From contig CAXXLQ010000004.1 of NCBI GenBank assembly GCA_963668695.2, positions 2,240,001 through 2,304,000 on the forward strand: a stretch of 64,000 nt of DNA, in the 5' to 3' direction. Within the stretch, counting starts at the first letter, position 1; each line of letters opens with the position of its first letter. Positions 39,235 to 49,329 of the stretch are shown here, one piece after another. The notes under the pieces were generated by a model. That model worked only from the letters and a program-made list of their open reading frames with translations, was not told the origin of the DNA and did not search any database. Source of the DNA: Vicinamibacteria bacterium (GTDB lineage: Bacteria > Acidobacteriota > Vicinamibacteria > Marinacidobacterales > Marinacidobacteraceae). The position numbers and the translations under genes were made by a program.

Positions 39235-39875
39235 TCAGCGGTCTTGCGAGGGGAACCGGCGGGTGATTTCCGCCGCCACGTTCCGGCCGTCGATTCCGAG
39301 ATCCTCGAGCAGCACGAGCAGGTGGTAGAGAAGGTCTACCGACTCGTTCACGACTTCCGCGGTGGATCCGGCCGCGGCAGCCAGCGCCACCTCGACGCCT
39401 TCCTCCCCCACCTTCTGGGCGATGCGCCGGGTGCCGGCCTGCAGGAGGGCTGCGGTATAGGAGCCTTCCGGACGGCTCGCCGCCCGCTCCCTGACGATTT
39501 CGGTGAGCGCGCTCAGCGCGGGCCCGAGTTCCGCAGCGCGGCCATCGTCCGAAGTACTCCTACCCTCCGCGAGAGGCTCGAAGAAGCATGACGTCTGGCC
39601 CGTGTGACAGGTGGGGCCGGCGGGATCGGCATGAACCAGGAGGGCGTCGCCGTCGCAGTCAACGGTCAGCGAGCGGAGGTGGAGTTCGTTGCCCGAGGTC
39701 TCGCCCTTCTTCCACAGCGTCTGGCGGCTCCGCGACCAGAAGTGGACGCGGCCGCTCTCGATGGTCCGGGTGAGGGCCTCGTCGTTCATCCAGCCGAGCA
39801 TGAGGACCCGGCCGCCCACCGCATCCTGGATGACGGCGGGAACCAGACCGCCCTCGTTCCAGTGGATTTTCGGGG

Positions 39876-39879
<4 letters not shown>
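39235..39879 (-). CDS. hisIE: Bifunctional PR-AMP cyclohydrolase / PR-ATP pyrophosphatase
   Basis: [59 protein letters not shown]. Confidence 0.95.
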
Positions 39880-40679
<800 letters not shown>

Positions 40680-40738
40680 CGAGCGATTCTAGGCCGCTGG
40701 GACTTTGCGCTGGGCGGCGTTGGTGTGACGCCTAGAAT

Positions 40739-41047
40739 CCAGCAGCCTGTGGACAAAGTCACGCGGCCCAGTTTTCCCGGTGGGGGCTCGACCGGCGATG
40801 CATCCCGGCTGAACCGCGCCACATCGTGGCGCTCTGCGTTGCGCTTCGGTCGAAACACGCTCGGGCCAGTTCTCCCGGTGGGGGCTTCTCTCTCGCGCGC
40901 CTTGTCAGCCGGGCCCCCACCGGGAGAACTGGCCCCACCGGGAGAACTGGCCCCACCGGGAGAACTGGCCCCACCGGGAGAACTGGCCCCACCGGGAGAA
41001 CTGGGCCTCACCGCTCTCGGCACTCACGCCACTTTATCCACAGGCCG
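40739..41047. mobile_element. MITE-like element family A, copy 7, with 5x tandem 18-bp module
   Basis: cagcctgtggacaaagt...actttatccacaggccg; (ccccaccgggagaactgg)x5 at 40915-41004. Confidence 0.85.
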
Positions 41048-41053
41048 CCGGGC

Positions 41054-41794
41054 ATGAGCGAGACGCTGCCGCTTCACCCGGGTGCCGGAGCGCCGCGTAA
41101 GCCGGGGTCAGGACAGGAAGTCCGCGCCCGCCGCGACCGGGTCCGGGAGCAGGTAGGGAGCGAGCGGTGGCGCGCGGGCTGCGAGGCGCTGGTGGTGGAG
41201 GCCGCTCTCGCGACGCTCCAACTGACCGGCGCCGCCCTCTCGGAGGAGGAGATTCGCGCCCTCCGCGAGGGGGCTCCTACCCCCACATTCGGGCCTTCTC
41301 TCGGAGCCCTCGGCCTTCTCGGGCGCGCTGCTCGAGATCGGGATCCGAGCGAGGAGCTGATTTCCGAGGTTCATGCGGTCGCCAGCGGGCTGACCGGAGC
41401 AAGCTCTTTTCGCACCCATCAGATCGAACCACAGTTTCAGGCGGCGAGCCTCTCCCCGCCACAGACCGTTTCGCTACGGCTCGGCGAGCTCCTTGACTGG
41501 ATTTCCGGCGCCAGCGCAAAGGATCTCGAGACCGCGCCGCGCGCGGCGCTCTTCTTTGCCCGGTTCCTGGAGATCTCGCCCTTTGAACGCGCGAACTTCC
41601 GGGTGGCGCACCTGATGCTCACCTTCTTTGCTCTCGCTGACGACCAGCCGCCCATTTGGTTCGAGGTGGAGGACGCACCGGGGATCCGGGAAGATGTCTC
41701 CCGCGCCTTCCGTTTCGATACCGGGTCGCTGACGGAACGGATCGACCGATCCCTCCACCGTTCGCTGGATCGGGTCGAAAATGCCGGCCGCTAA
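41054..41794 (+). CDS. Fic-domain-like protein with degenerate motif
   Basis: AALFFARFLEISPFERANFRVAHLM aligns with HPFxxGNGRxxR; upstream ATLQLTG..LS.EE and EVH...FRT segments. Confidence 0.65.
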   Translation: MSETLPLHPGAGAPRKPGSGQEVRARRDRVREQVGSERWRAGCEALVVEAALATLQLTGAALSEEEIRALREGAPTPTFGPSLGALGLLGRAARDRDPSEELISEVHAVASGLTGASSFRTHQIEPQFQAASLSPPQTVSLRLGELLDWISGASAKDLETAPRAALFFARFLEISPFERANFRVAHLMLTFFALADDQPPIWFEVEDAPGIREDVSRAFRFDTGSLTERIDRSLHRSLDRVENAGR

Positions 41795-42288
41795 CAGCCT
41801 GTAGTGAAACCCCCGCGGCCCAGTTCTCCCGGTGGGGGCTCGGCCGGCGATCCATCCCGGCCGAACAGCCGGTGATGAAACCCCCGCGGCCCAGTTCTCC
41901 CGGTGGGGGCTCGGCCGGCGATCCATCCCGGCTGTTCACCGCGTCGCTTCGCGCCGCTCATCGTTGCGTTTCGGTCGGAATACACCCGGGCCAGTTCTCC
42001 CGGTGGGGGCTCCTCCCTCACGCGCCTTGTCAGCCGGGCGCCTCGCCCCCACCGGGAGAACTGGCCGGCCTCGGCGCTCACGCGGGTTCCACCACCGGCT
42101 GCTAACAGCCTGTGGCAAAACCCACGCGGCGTTCGACCGGCGATCCATCCCGGCTGAACCACTCCGCTTCGCTGCGTTCTGCGTTGCGTTTCGGTCGAAA
42201 TACACCCGGTATTCCTCCCTCACGCGCCTTGTCAGCCGGGCGCCTCACCGGCCTCGGCGCTCACCCGGGTTTCACCACAGGCTGTTAA
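41791..42288. mobile_element. MITE-like element family A, composite copy 8
   Basis: Two elements joined at CTAA 42102-42105; 71-bp internal duplication; ends TTAA. Confidence 0.85.
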
Positions 42289-42358
42289 GGGCCCGCTACA
42301 ATCCGAAGCATCGGGTGATGCGGGGCGCCTTTTGACCGGCGCCGGCCCGGTATCCGGA

Positions 42359-42634
42359 ATGTTCCAGCGGTTCGGCCCCCTCGGCTCTCTCGTTTCGTGG
42401 GCGATGCTCCAGCAACGGCAGACGGTCGAGTTCGTGACCCTCCCGCAGACGGAACCCCCCCGCGGGATCCTGACCCTGATCCTTGAGTCCTTCGCCCTCG
42501 CCGGGACGCTGGTCCTGGCAACCGTGCTTGTCGGCCTCGGCTTCGGAATCTTCCGCATCTGGCTCATCCGCCGCTACCCGGACAACCGTTTCAACGGCAG
42601 CGGACGGGATACCCCCCGGCTCGACCTCAGTTGA
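42359..42634 (+). CDS. Small membrane protein (start uncertain)
   Basis: One long hydrophobic helix ILTLILESFALAGTLVLATVLVGLGFGIF; TTGA overlap with the next gene. Confidence 0.6.
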   Translation: MFQRFGPLGSLVSWAMLQQRQTVEFVTLPQTEPPRGILTLILESFALAGTLVLATVLVGLGFGIFRIWLIRRYPDNRFNGSGRDTPRLDLS

Positions 42635-43044
42635 CCGCGGCGGCACATACCCGGACCCCCGATCGCGTTCCGCTCGTCATCTACGACGGCGGCTGAGGCT
42701 TTTGCACCCGCGCCGCGGTCGCGGCGGCCCGATTTGCCGGCGAGCGGCCGATTCGCTTTGCTGCCTCTCAGGAGCTGACCGACGACCAATTGGTCGGGCT
42801 CGGCATCTCGCGAACTGCATGTGAAGAGCGCGTCCGCTTCAGGGACCTGAAGGGGCGGTTCCACGGTGGGGCCTTCGCGGTGAACCGGTTCCTCCTCTAT
42901 GCCGCTCCCCCGGGCCCGCGGGGACTTCCCGCGCGCATCCTGGCGGTGCTCGCCTACGCGTTTCCGCCACTCCTGCTCGCCGAACTCGCCGCCTACGAAA
43001 TCGTCGCCCGGAACCGTGGCTGTCGCCTGCTCAATCCGTCTTGA
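42631..43044 (+). CDS. DCC1-like (DUF393) thiol-disulfide oxidoreductase with in-frame TGA; candidate selenoprotein (UxxC)
   Basis: Reads LVIYDGG*GFCTR with TGA at 42694-42696, continuing in frame to FHGGAFAV...YEIVARNR; hairpin CGCCGC-GGTC-GCGGCG just downstream. Confidence 0.75.
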
Positions 43045-43597
43045 GCAGCCCGTGGACAAGGTGAACCGGCATTCGACCGGCGATGCATCCCGGCCAAACA
43101 ACCGGTGATGAAACCCACGCGGCCCAGTTCTCCCGGTGGGGGCTCGGCCGGCGATCCATCCCGGCTGAACTGCCGGTGATGAAACCCACGCGGCCCAGTT
43201 CTCCCGGTGGGGGCTCGGCCGGCGATCCATCCCGGCCAAACAGCCGGTGATGAAACCCACGCGGCCCAGTTCTCCCGGTGGGGGCTCGGCCGGCGATCCA
43301 TCCCGGCTGAACCGCGTCGCTGCGCGCCGCTCATCGTTGCGTTTCGGTCGGAATACATCCGGGCCAGTTCTCCCGGTGGGGGCTCCTCCCTCACGCGCCT
43401 TGTCAGCCGGGCGCCTCGCCCCCACCGGGAGAACTGGCCGGCCTCGGCGCTCATGCGGGTTCCACCACCGGCTGTTCACCGCGTCGCTTCGCGCCGCTCA
43501 TCGTTGCGTTTCGGTCGGAATACATCCGGGCCAGTTCTCCCGGTGGGGGCGCCTCCCCGCTCTCGGTGCTCGCCCCACTTTGTCCAAGGACTGCTAA
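43042..43597. mobile_element. MITE-like element family A, composite copy 9
   Basis: Starts at the DUF393 stop; 71-bp unit x3 (modules at 43124, 43195, 43266); ends ggactg-CTAA. Confidence 0.85.
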
Positions 43598-43640
43598 ACG
43601 ACGGTATCCTGCGCTACCGGCCCATCCGAGGAGGTCTCTC

Positions 43641-44519
43641 GTGCTTCGATTCCGTTCTTCAACACTCGTCTCCACCCCGCTGCTGCTCGTTCTTGGCTGC
43701 GGAGCTCCCCCTATGGAAGAGCCGATGGAACCGGCTGCGGTCGCCGTTGATGATCAGCCGGCCGGGGAGTACGTTCGGTTCGAGAGCGATTCGGGCGCAG
43801 CGACATGGGGCCGCGTCGACGGCGACGAGATCGTGGCCCTCCACGCGGCGCCCTGGGCGGGCGGAGCCCCGACCGGGGAGCGGGTTGCCCGCTCCGGAGC
43901 GCGTCTCCTCGCCCCCGCCGATCCGGGCAAGGTAATCGCGATCGGACTCAACTATGGCTCCCACCTGGGCGACCGGGAGCCGGCTCCCTATCCGGGGGTG
44001 TTCGCCAAGCTGCCCACGAGCATTGTTGGGCCCGGTGACGCTATCGAGATGACCGAGGACGCCGGGAACGTCCATTACGAGGGCGAATTGGTCCTGATCA
44101 TCGGCAAGGAGGCCAGTGACGTTCCGGTGGACCAGGCTCAGGATTACATTTTTGGGGTGACCGCCGGCAACGACGTGAGCGAACGCGATTGGCAGGGCGC
44201 CGATCTCCAGTGGTTCCGGGCGAAGGCCTCGGATACCTATGGACCGATCGGGCCGGTGATTTCACGCGGAGTCAACTATGACGACCTCGAACTCACGACC
44301 CGGCTGAACGGCGAAATCGTCCAGCAGCAGCGGACCAGCGACCTGATCTTCGACTCGAGCGACATCGTGAGCTACGTGAGCCGCTACGTGACCCTGATGC
44401 CTGGCGATGTCATCTTTACCGGGACCCCGGGGAGCACCCAGGCGATGAACGAGGGCGACACGGTCTCCGTCGAGGTCGAAACGGTCGGCGTCCTCGAAAA
44501 CCCGGTCGCTCGCCGTTAG
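43641..44519 (+). CDS. Fumarylacetoacetate hydrolase family protein with lipoprotein signal
   Basis: KVIAIGLNY, HYEGEL, GNDVSERD, RAKASDT, PGDVIFTGTP; lipobox LVLGC; GAGGAGG RBS. Confidence 0.9.
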   Translation: MLRFRSSTLVSTPLLLVLGCGAPPMEEPMEPAAVAVDDQPAGEYVRFESDSGAATWGRVDGDEIVALHAAPWAGGAPTGERVARSGARLLAPADPGKVIAIGLNYGSHLGDREPAPYPGVFAKLPTSIVGPGDAIEMTEDAGNVHYEGELVLIIGKEASDVPVDQAQDYIFGVTAGNDVSERDWQGADLQWFRAKASDTYGPIGPVISRGVNYDDLELTTRLNGEIVQQQRTSDLIFDSSDIVSYVSRYVTLMPGDVIFTGTPGSTQAMNEGDTVSVEVETVGVLENPVARR

Positions 44520-44613
44520 CCCGGATATCGTCAGGAATTCGCCCGCGGACGCTTCCGTGCCCGCGGGCGCCCGCGGACGGCGGGACTAGCCGGCTGCGTA
44601 ACCGCAGACGCCT

Positions 44614-44916
44614 TCAGATAGCGGCGGCGGCTTTCTGCAGCCTCCGTCCGAGGTGGTCCCCAATCGCGGAGCAGGGGACGAACATGGGCTTTTCGTCCAC
44701 GCTGATCCGGAAGGCGCACCCGCCGGTGGCGTTATCGGTCACCTCGAAGGTTCCCGAAAAGTTCCCGAGCGGCGTCGGGAGCGAAAACTCGCCGAACCCC
44801 GCAGGACCCTCGCCCCCGCTGACCGCGCCACCGAAGCGGGCAAAATCGGTCCGGAGGGATTCGAGGAGTTTTGCAGCCTCGACCGACAGGCTGAAATCAA
44901 ACTGACAGGCAGACAT
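44614..44916 (-). CDS. Hypothetical protein (100 aa)
   Basis: Protein-like composition (GEFSLPTPLGNFSGTF..KPMFVPCSAI) filling an otherwise empty gap. Confidence 0.6.
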   Translation of the reverse strand: MSACQFDFSLSVEAAKLLESLRTDFARFGGAVSGGEGPAGFGEFSLPTPLGNFSGTFEVTDNATGGCAFRISVDEKPMFVPCSAIGDHLGRRLQKAAAAI

Positions 44917-44984
44917 AGAGGCTACCGGCTGGGAGTTGAGCGTTCGTTGGTCTGAGTGGTGATCAAACTCTGAAGGAATCCATT

Positions 44985-45177
44985 CGCGGCGCGCAGCGCC
45001 GCGGGGGTGGGGTGTGGGGAGGGGTTGCCCCTCCCCACGAAAGACGGTGGTGCGAATCGCGGAGCGATTCGCACCACCAACCCGTGGGGAAAGCGCCCCG
45101 CATGCGTACAACCCGCCAGATTCGGCGCGCGGGACGCCTTGGGGCTCGTGCGGGGTGCTTTCTCCATGGGGTGTCAG
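44985..45177. repeat. Hairpin repeat family B, copy 2
   Basis: Reverse complement of 37492-37685; abuts the TGA of the peptidase gene. Confidence 0.8.
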
Positions 45178-46484
45178 TTGGCGGCTGCGAGGCCGGCCTC
45201 GGCCAGTACGAGCAGCAGCGCCTTCTGGATGCCCAAATGGCCGTCACGGTTGGCCCACCACTCGTGGAGGGAGTGAGCGCCGAAGCCCTCCCCGCCGCTG
45301 CCGATCGTGGTGGCCGGGATTCCGCGGGCGATGGGGACGTTCGAGTCCGTGGAACCCATGCTGAGTTCCGGCTCCGCCCCAACGGCCCGGGTTGCGGCGA
45401 GAGCCCGCTGAATGAGCGGGGTGTCGATCGCAACCATCCCGGACGGGCGATCTCCGATCAACTCGATGTCCACCGTCAGCTCCTCGCCGTCCCGCCGCAT
45501 TTTGTTCTGCCCGGCGAGCGCGTCGGTCATCGCCGCCTGGAAGATGGCGTCGATCTCCTCGAGCCGTCCGGGTTCCATGGACCGCATGTCCACTTCCATC
45601 CAATTCTCGAACGGGATCGAATTGATGGAGGTGCCGCCTCCGATCCGGCCGATGTTGTAGGTGGTCTTGGCCCCTGCCGTGACGTACTCGCCCGCCCGGT
45701 CGTCGAACAGTTTGATGGCCCGGGCCATGGCGTGGGCCGGGTTCCCGAGGCCAAAGGCGCCCCACGAGTGCCCGCCGGGTCCAAGGAAACGGACCCGATA
45801 GCGATGGGAGCCGATCGCGTGGTTCAGCACCCGGGTGTTACTCGTGCCGTCAATGGCGATGAACGCGTCGATCTCCGGTCCCCCGTCCCGGAAGAGGTGC
45901 TTGACTCCCCGCAGGTCTCCGATCCCCTCTTCGCCGACCGATCCGACGAACAGCACGTCGTCGCGCATGTCGAGCCCGTGGCGATCCATGAGTTTGACGA
46001 TGGTCAGCATGGTCACCAGCCCGCGGGTGTCGTCGGCGATCCCGGGAGCCATCAACTTGTCCCCGTCTTTCCGGACGGTGACGTCGGTTCCTGCGGGAAA
46101 CACGGTGTCGAGGTGGGCCACCACCGCGATGGTCCGGCCTCCGGTTCGGCCCTTCCGGCGCGCGACGACGTTCCCGATCTCATCGAGTTCGGCTTCGAGC
46201 CCCGCTTCGCGCACGAGTCCCTGGTAGTGGGCAGCGCGCACTTCCTCCGTGAAGGGTGGCGCCGGGATCTCGGTCAACTCGATGAGCAGGCGCTCGTTTT
46301 CCTCATCCATCGTGAGGACTTCCTCGAGCGCCGCCGAAACCCGGCCGTCGGCCGTGATACCTGCCAACTCGGCCTCGTACTCGGGGAGCACCTCGAGTTC
46401 CTGGGCCCGAACTCCGAGCGCCGGAAGGAGCAGGCCCACGGTCAGGGCGGCAAGCAATTGCGATCTGGAATGCGATAGCGGCAT
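45174..46484 (-). CDS. Secreted M20/M25/M40 family metallopeptidase
   Basis: AHLDTVF, PGIADD, VGEEGIG, GPGGHSW, STDSN, AHSLHEW; signal peptide. Confidence 0.9.
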   Translation of the reverse strand: MPLSHSRSQLLAALTVGLLLPALGVRAQELEVLPEYEAELAGITADGRVSAALEEVLTMDEENERLLIELTEIPAPPFTEEVRAAHYQGLVREAGLEAELDEIGNVVARRKGRTGGRTIAVVAHLDTVFPAGTDVTVRKDGDKLMAPGIADDTRGLVTMLTIVKLMDRHGLDMRDDVLFVGSVGEEGIGDLRGVKHLFRDGGPEIDAFIAIDGTSNTRVLNHAIGSHRYRVRFLGPGGHSWGAFGLGNPAHAMARAIKLFDDRAGEYVTAGAKTTYNIGRIGGGTSINSIPFENWMEVDMRSMEPGRLEEIDAIFQAAMTDALAGQNKMRRDGEELTVDIELIGDRPSGMVAIDTPLIQRALAATRAVGAEPELSMGSTDSNVPIARGIPATTIGSGGEGFGAHSLHEWWANRDGHLGIQKALLLVLAEAGLAAAN

Positions 46485-46590
46485 AACCGCCCAATCCTAC
46501 CGGACTCAGAACCCCGAACGGCCGTCGCTGTTGTGAGGAGGCGGTGCCCCGCGAAACCGCCGCTTCGCCGCTGTAACCTCTCGACGCCCC

Positions 46591-48783
46591 ATGTCGTTTC
46601 GCACCTTCCCGACTCGGTGGAGGCCCGGCCTCGGGTGTCTCGGCTCGCGCCGCGCAGCCTTTGTCGCCGCTGCCTGTCTGCTCCCGGTCGGGGGAGCGGC
46701 AACTCACGCGCAGCCGCCCGAACGCGTCCCCGAAAGAGTGGTGGTCCTTGGATTCGATGGAGCGGACCCGGACACCATCGCAGCGATGATCGCGGAGGGC
46801 GACCTTCCGAATCTTGCGAGTCTGGCCCGGCAGGGGACCTTCGCTCCGCTGGCCACTACCAAGCCCGCGGAGTCTCCGGTGGCTTGGGCAACCTTCGCCA
46901 CCGGAATGAATCCGGGGCGCACCCGGATCTTCGACTTTCTCGAGAAGCGGGAGGACACCTACGTCCCGCAGATCGCGCTGGTGCGGCAGGCATCGACCCA
47001 ACTGCCCGGAGTGCCGATGCGGGTAGGTCTCGTGCTGCTGGTGGCGCTCGGTGCGGGAATCGCGGCGAGCTGGCTGCTTCAACGCACTTCGGCAGGTCCC
47101 CGGATTCGCTGGATGTTCGTGGTGGTGTTGACGACCGTGCCCGGGGTGGCGGTGGCCCTCGTGGCGGTGTGGCTGCCCGCCGCAGTTCCGCGGGCGATCC
47201 GGGCCCGGCACGGAGACGCCTTCTGGAAGATCGCGGGTGGCGCCGGGGTTCCCACGGTCGCGCTTCAGGCCCCCATGGAGTTCCCGGTCGAGGAGTCACC
47301 CGGCACCCGCATCCTCGCCGGTTTTGGAGTTCCGGACGTTCGGAAGTCGTTCGGCCTCTGGTCGGTGTACACGACCGATCTCATCGAGGAGGAATCGACC
47401 GAAACCGGGGGCACCCGTTTCCCGCTCCGTTTCGATGCCGGGGTGGCGCGGAGCGTGATCCGCGGGCCCCGTGATTTCACGGCGGCGGTGCGAGAGGTGG
47501 ATCAGCCCGAGGTCGAGATTCCCGTCACGTTCCGGCGAAGCGAAGATGGGCTCGAGATCGAGACGTCCGGCACCGCGGTCAGCCTCGCTGCCGGGGAGTG
47601 GTCCGATTTCGTTTCGGTGCGTTTTCCGCTGAACCCGCTGATCCGGCTGGCAGGGTTGGTGCGTTTTCGAGTGCTGTCGCTCGAGCCGAATGTCTCGGTC
47701 TACATGGAGCCGATCAACTTCGACCCGGAGCGTCTGCCGCCGATCGTCGACCTTTCCTTCCCCCGGGACTTCGCCGGGGACCTGGCCCGGCGCGTCGGTC
47801 CCTACGAGACCATTGGCTGGAAGATCATCACGAACCCATTGCGCGACGAGGCGGTGGACTTCGACGCCCTGCTCGAGGATGCCCGGTTTGCTCGGGAGTC
47901 GAACGAGCGGCTGCTGATGGAGACGCTCCGCGAGGACTCCTGGCGGCTGCTGACGGCCGTCTTCCTGTTCCCGGACCGTATTCAACACATGCTCTACCGC
48001 TTCGCCGATCCCGATCATCCGAACCACGATCCGGAGTTGGGCCGGCGCTATGGCGGGGGGATCGCCCAGACCTATCGGGACCTCGACCGAATTGTCGGGG
48101 ACGCCGTGGCGGCGGCGCCTCCCGGCACCCGGTTCCTGGTGGTCTCCGACCACGGCTTCCATTCCTTCCGGAAGCAGTTCAACGTGAACACCTGGCTCGG
48201 TGAGAATGGCTACTTGCGGGCGGTTGGGGATTCGGGAGAGCGTCGACTGGAGGACCTGTTCGATCCCGAGGCGCTGTTCTTCCCGGGGGTGGACTGGAGC
48301 CGGACGAGTGCGTTCGCCCTGGGCCTTTCAGGGATCTATCTGAATCAGCAGGGCCGAGAGCCCGAAGGCACCGTCGCACCGGGAGCGGAGCGCGAGCAGC
48401 TCCTCGAGCGGCTCATCAGCGACCTCAAGGCGTTTCGCGATCCGGAGACCGGAGACCCCGTGGTCCGTGCGGTGCACCGGCGCGACGAGATCTACCAGGG
48501 CCCATTTGTGGAGGAGGCGCCCGATCTGATCCTCGGCCTGGAGCCCGGCTACCGAATCGGGTGGCAGAGCACCCTCGGCGGAATGCCGCCGTCTTCCATC
48601 ACACCGAATCTGGACAACTGGAGCGGTGACCACTGTTCCATGGAGGACACCGCCGGAGTGCTGCTGTCCAGCGTGTCGCTGCGGAAGCCGGCATCGCTCC
48701 GGGATGTCGCCCCCACGGTCCTCGACCTGCTGGGAGTCAGCGCGCCGGAGGACATGGACGGAACCTCGCTGCTGCCGCGCTGA
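46591..48783 (+). CDS. Alkaline phosphatase superfamily (nucleotide pyrophosphatase/phosphodiesterase-like) protein
   Basis: VLGFDGAD, ESPVAW.T..TG.NPG, DRIQHM, VVSDHGF, WSGDH, DVAPTVL. Confidence 0.87.
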   Translation: MSFRTFPTRWRPGLGCLGSRRAAFVAAACLLPVGGAATHAQPPERVPERVVVLGFDGADPDTIAAMIAEGDLPNLASLARQGTFAPLATTKPAESPVAWATFATGMNPGRTRIFDFLEKREDTYVPQIALVRQASTQLPGVPMRVGLVLLVALGAGIAASWLLQRTSAGPRIRWMFVVVLTTVPGVAVALVAVWLPAAVPRAIRARHGDAFWKIAGGAGVPTVALQAPMEFPVEESPGTRILAGFGVPDVRKSFGLWSVYTTDLIEEESTETGGTRFPLRFDAGVARSVIRGPRDFTAAVREVDQPEVEIPVTFRRSEDGLEIETSGTAVSLAAGEWSDFVSVRFPLNPLIRLAGLVRFRVLSLEPNVSVYMEPINFDPERLPPIVDLSFPRDFAGDLARRVGPYETIGWKIITNPLRDEAVDFDALLEDARFARESNERLLMETLREDSWRLLTAVFLFPDRIQHMLYRFADPDHPNHDPELGRRYGGGIAQTYRDLDRIVGDAVAAAPPGTRFLVVSDHGFHSFRKQFNVNTWLGENGYLRAVGDSGERRLEDLFDPEALFFPGVDWSRTSAFALGLSGIYLNQQGREPEGTVAPGAEREQLLERLISDLKAFRDPETGDPVVRAVHRRDEIYQGPFVEEAPDLILGLEPGYRIGWQSTLGGMPPSSITPNLDNWSGDHCSMEDTAGVLLSSVSLRKPASLRDVAPTVLDLLGVSAPEDMDGTSLLPR

Positions 48784-48813
48784 GCCCGGCGCCGGAGTCG
48801 GGTCCCGGGGTGT

Positions 48814-49329
48814 TTAACAGCCTGTGGTGAAACCCACGTGAGCGCCGAGACCGGCCAGTTCTCCCGGTGGGGGCGAGGCCCAGTTCTCCCGGTGGGGCCA
48901 GTCCTCCCGGTGGGGGCCCGGCTGACAAGGCGCGTGAGGGAGGAATACCTGGTGTATTTCGACCGAAACGCAACGATGAGCGGCGCGAAGCGACGCGGTG
49001 AACAGCCTGTGGTGGAACCCGCGCGAGTGCCGAGGCCGGCCAGTTCTCCCGGTGGGGGCGAGGCCCAGTTCTCCCGGTGGGGCCAGTCCTCCCGGTGGGG
49101 GCCCGGCTGACAAGGCGCGTGAGAGAGGAGCCCCCACCGGGAGAACTGGCCCGGGCGTATTTCGACCGAAACGCAACGATGAGCGGCGCGAAGCGACGCG
49201 GTTCGGCCGGGATGGATCGCCGGCCGAGCCCCCACCGGGAGAACTGGGCCGCGCGGGTTTCATCACCGGCTGTTTGGCCGGGAGGGATCGCCGGTCGAAC
49301 GCCGTGTGGGTTTTGCCACGGGTTGTCAG
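48814..49329. mobile_element. MITE-like element family A, composite copy 10
   Basis: TTAA-cagcctgtgg...ccacgggttg abutting the lctP stop; internal duplication; several 18-bp modules. Confidence 0.85.

Noticed and set aside
43099-43310. Regularly spaced repeats (71-bp period; also 40915-41004) as a CRISPR array
   Set aside because: Intervening sequences are near-identical rather than unique spacers, they are parts of the MITE, and no cas genes are present.
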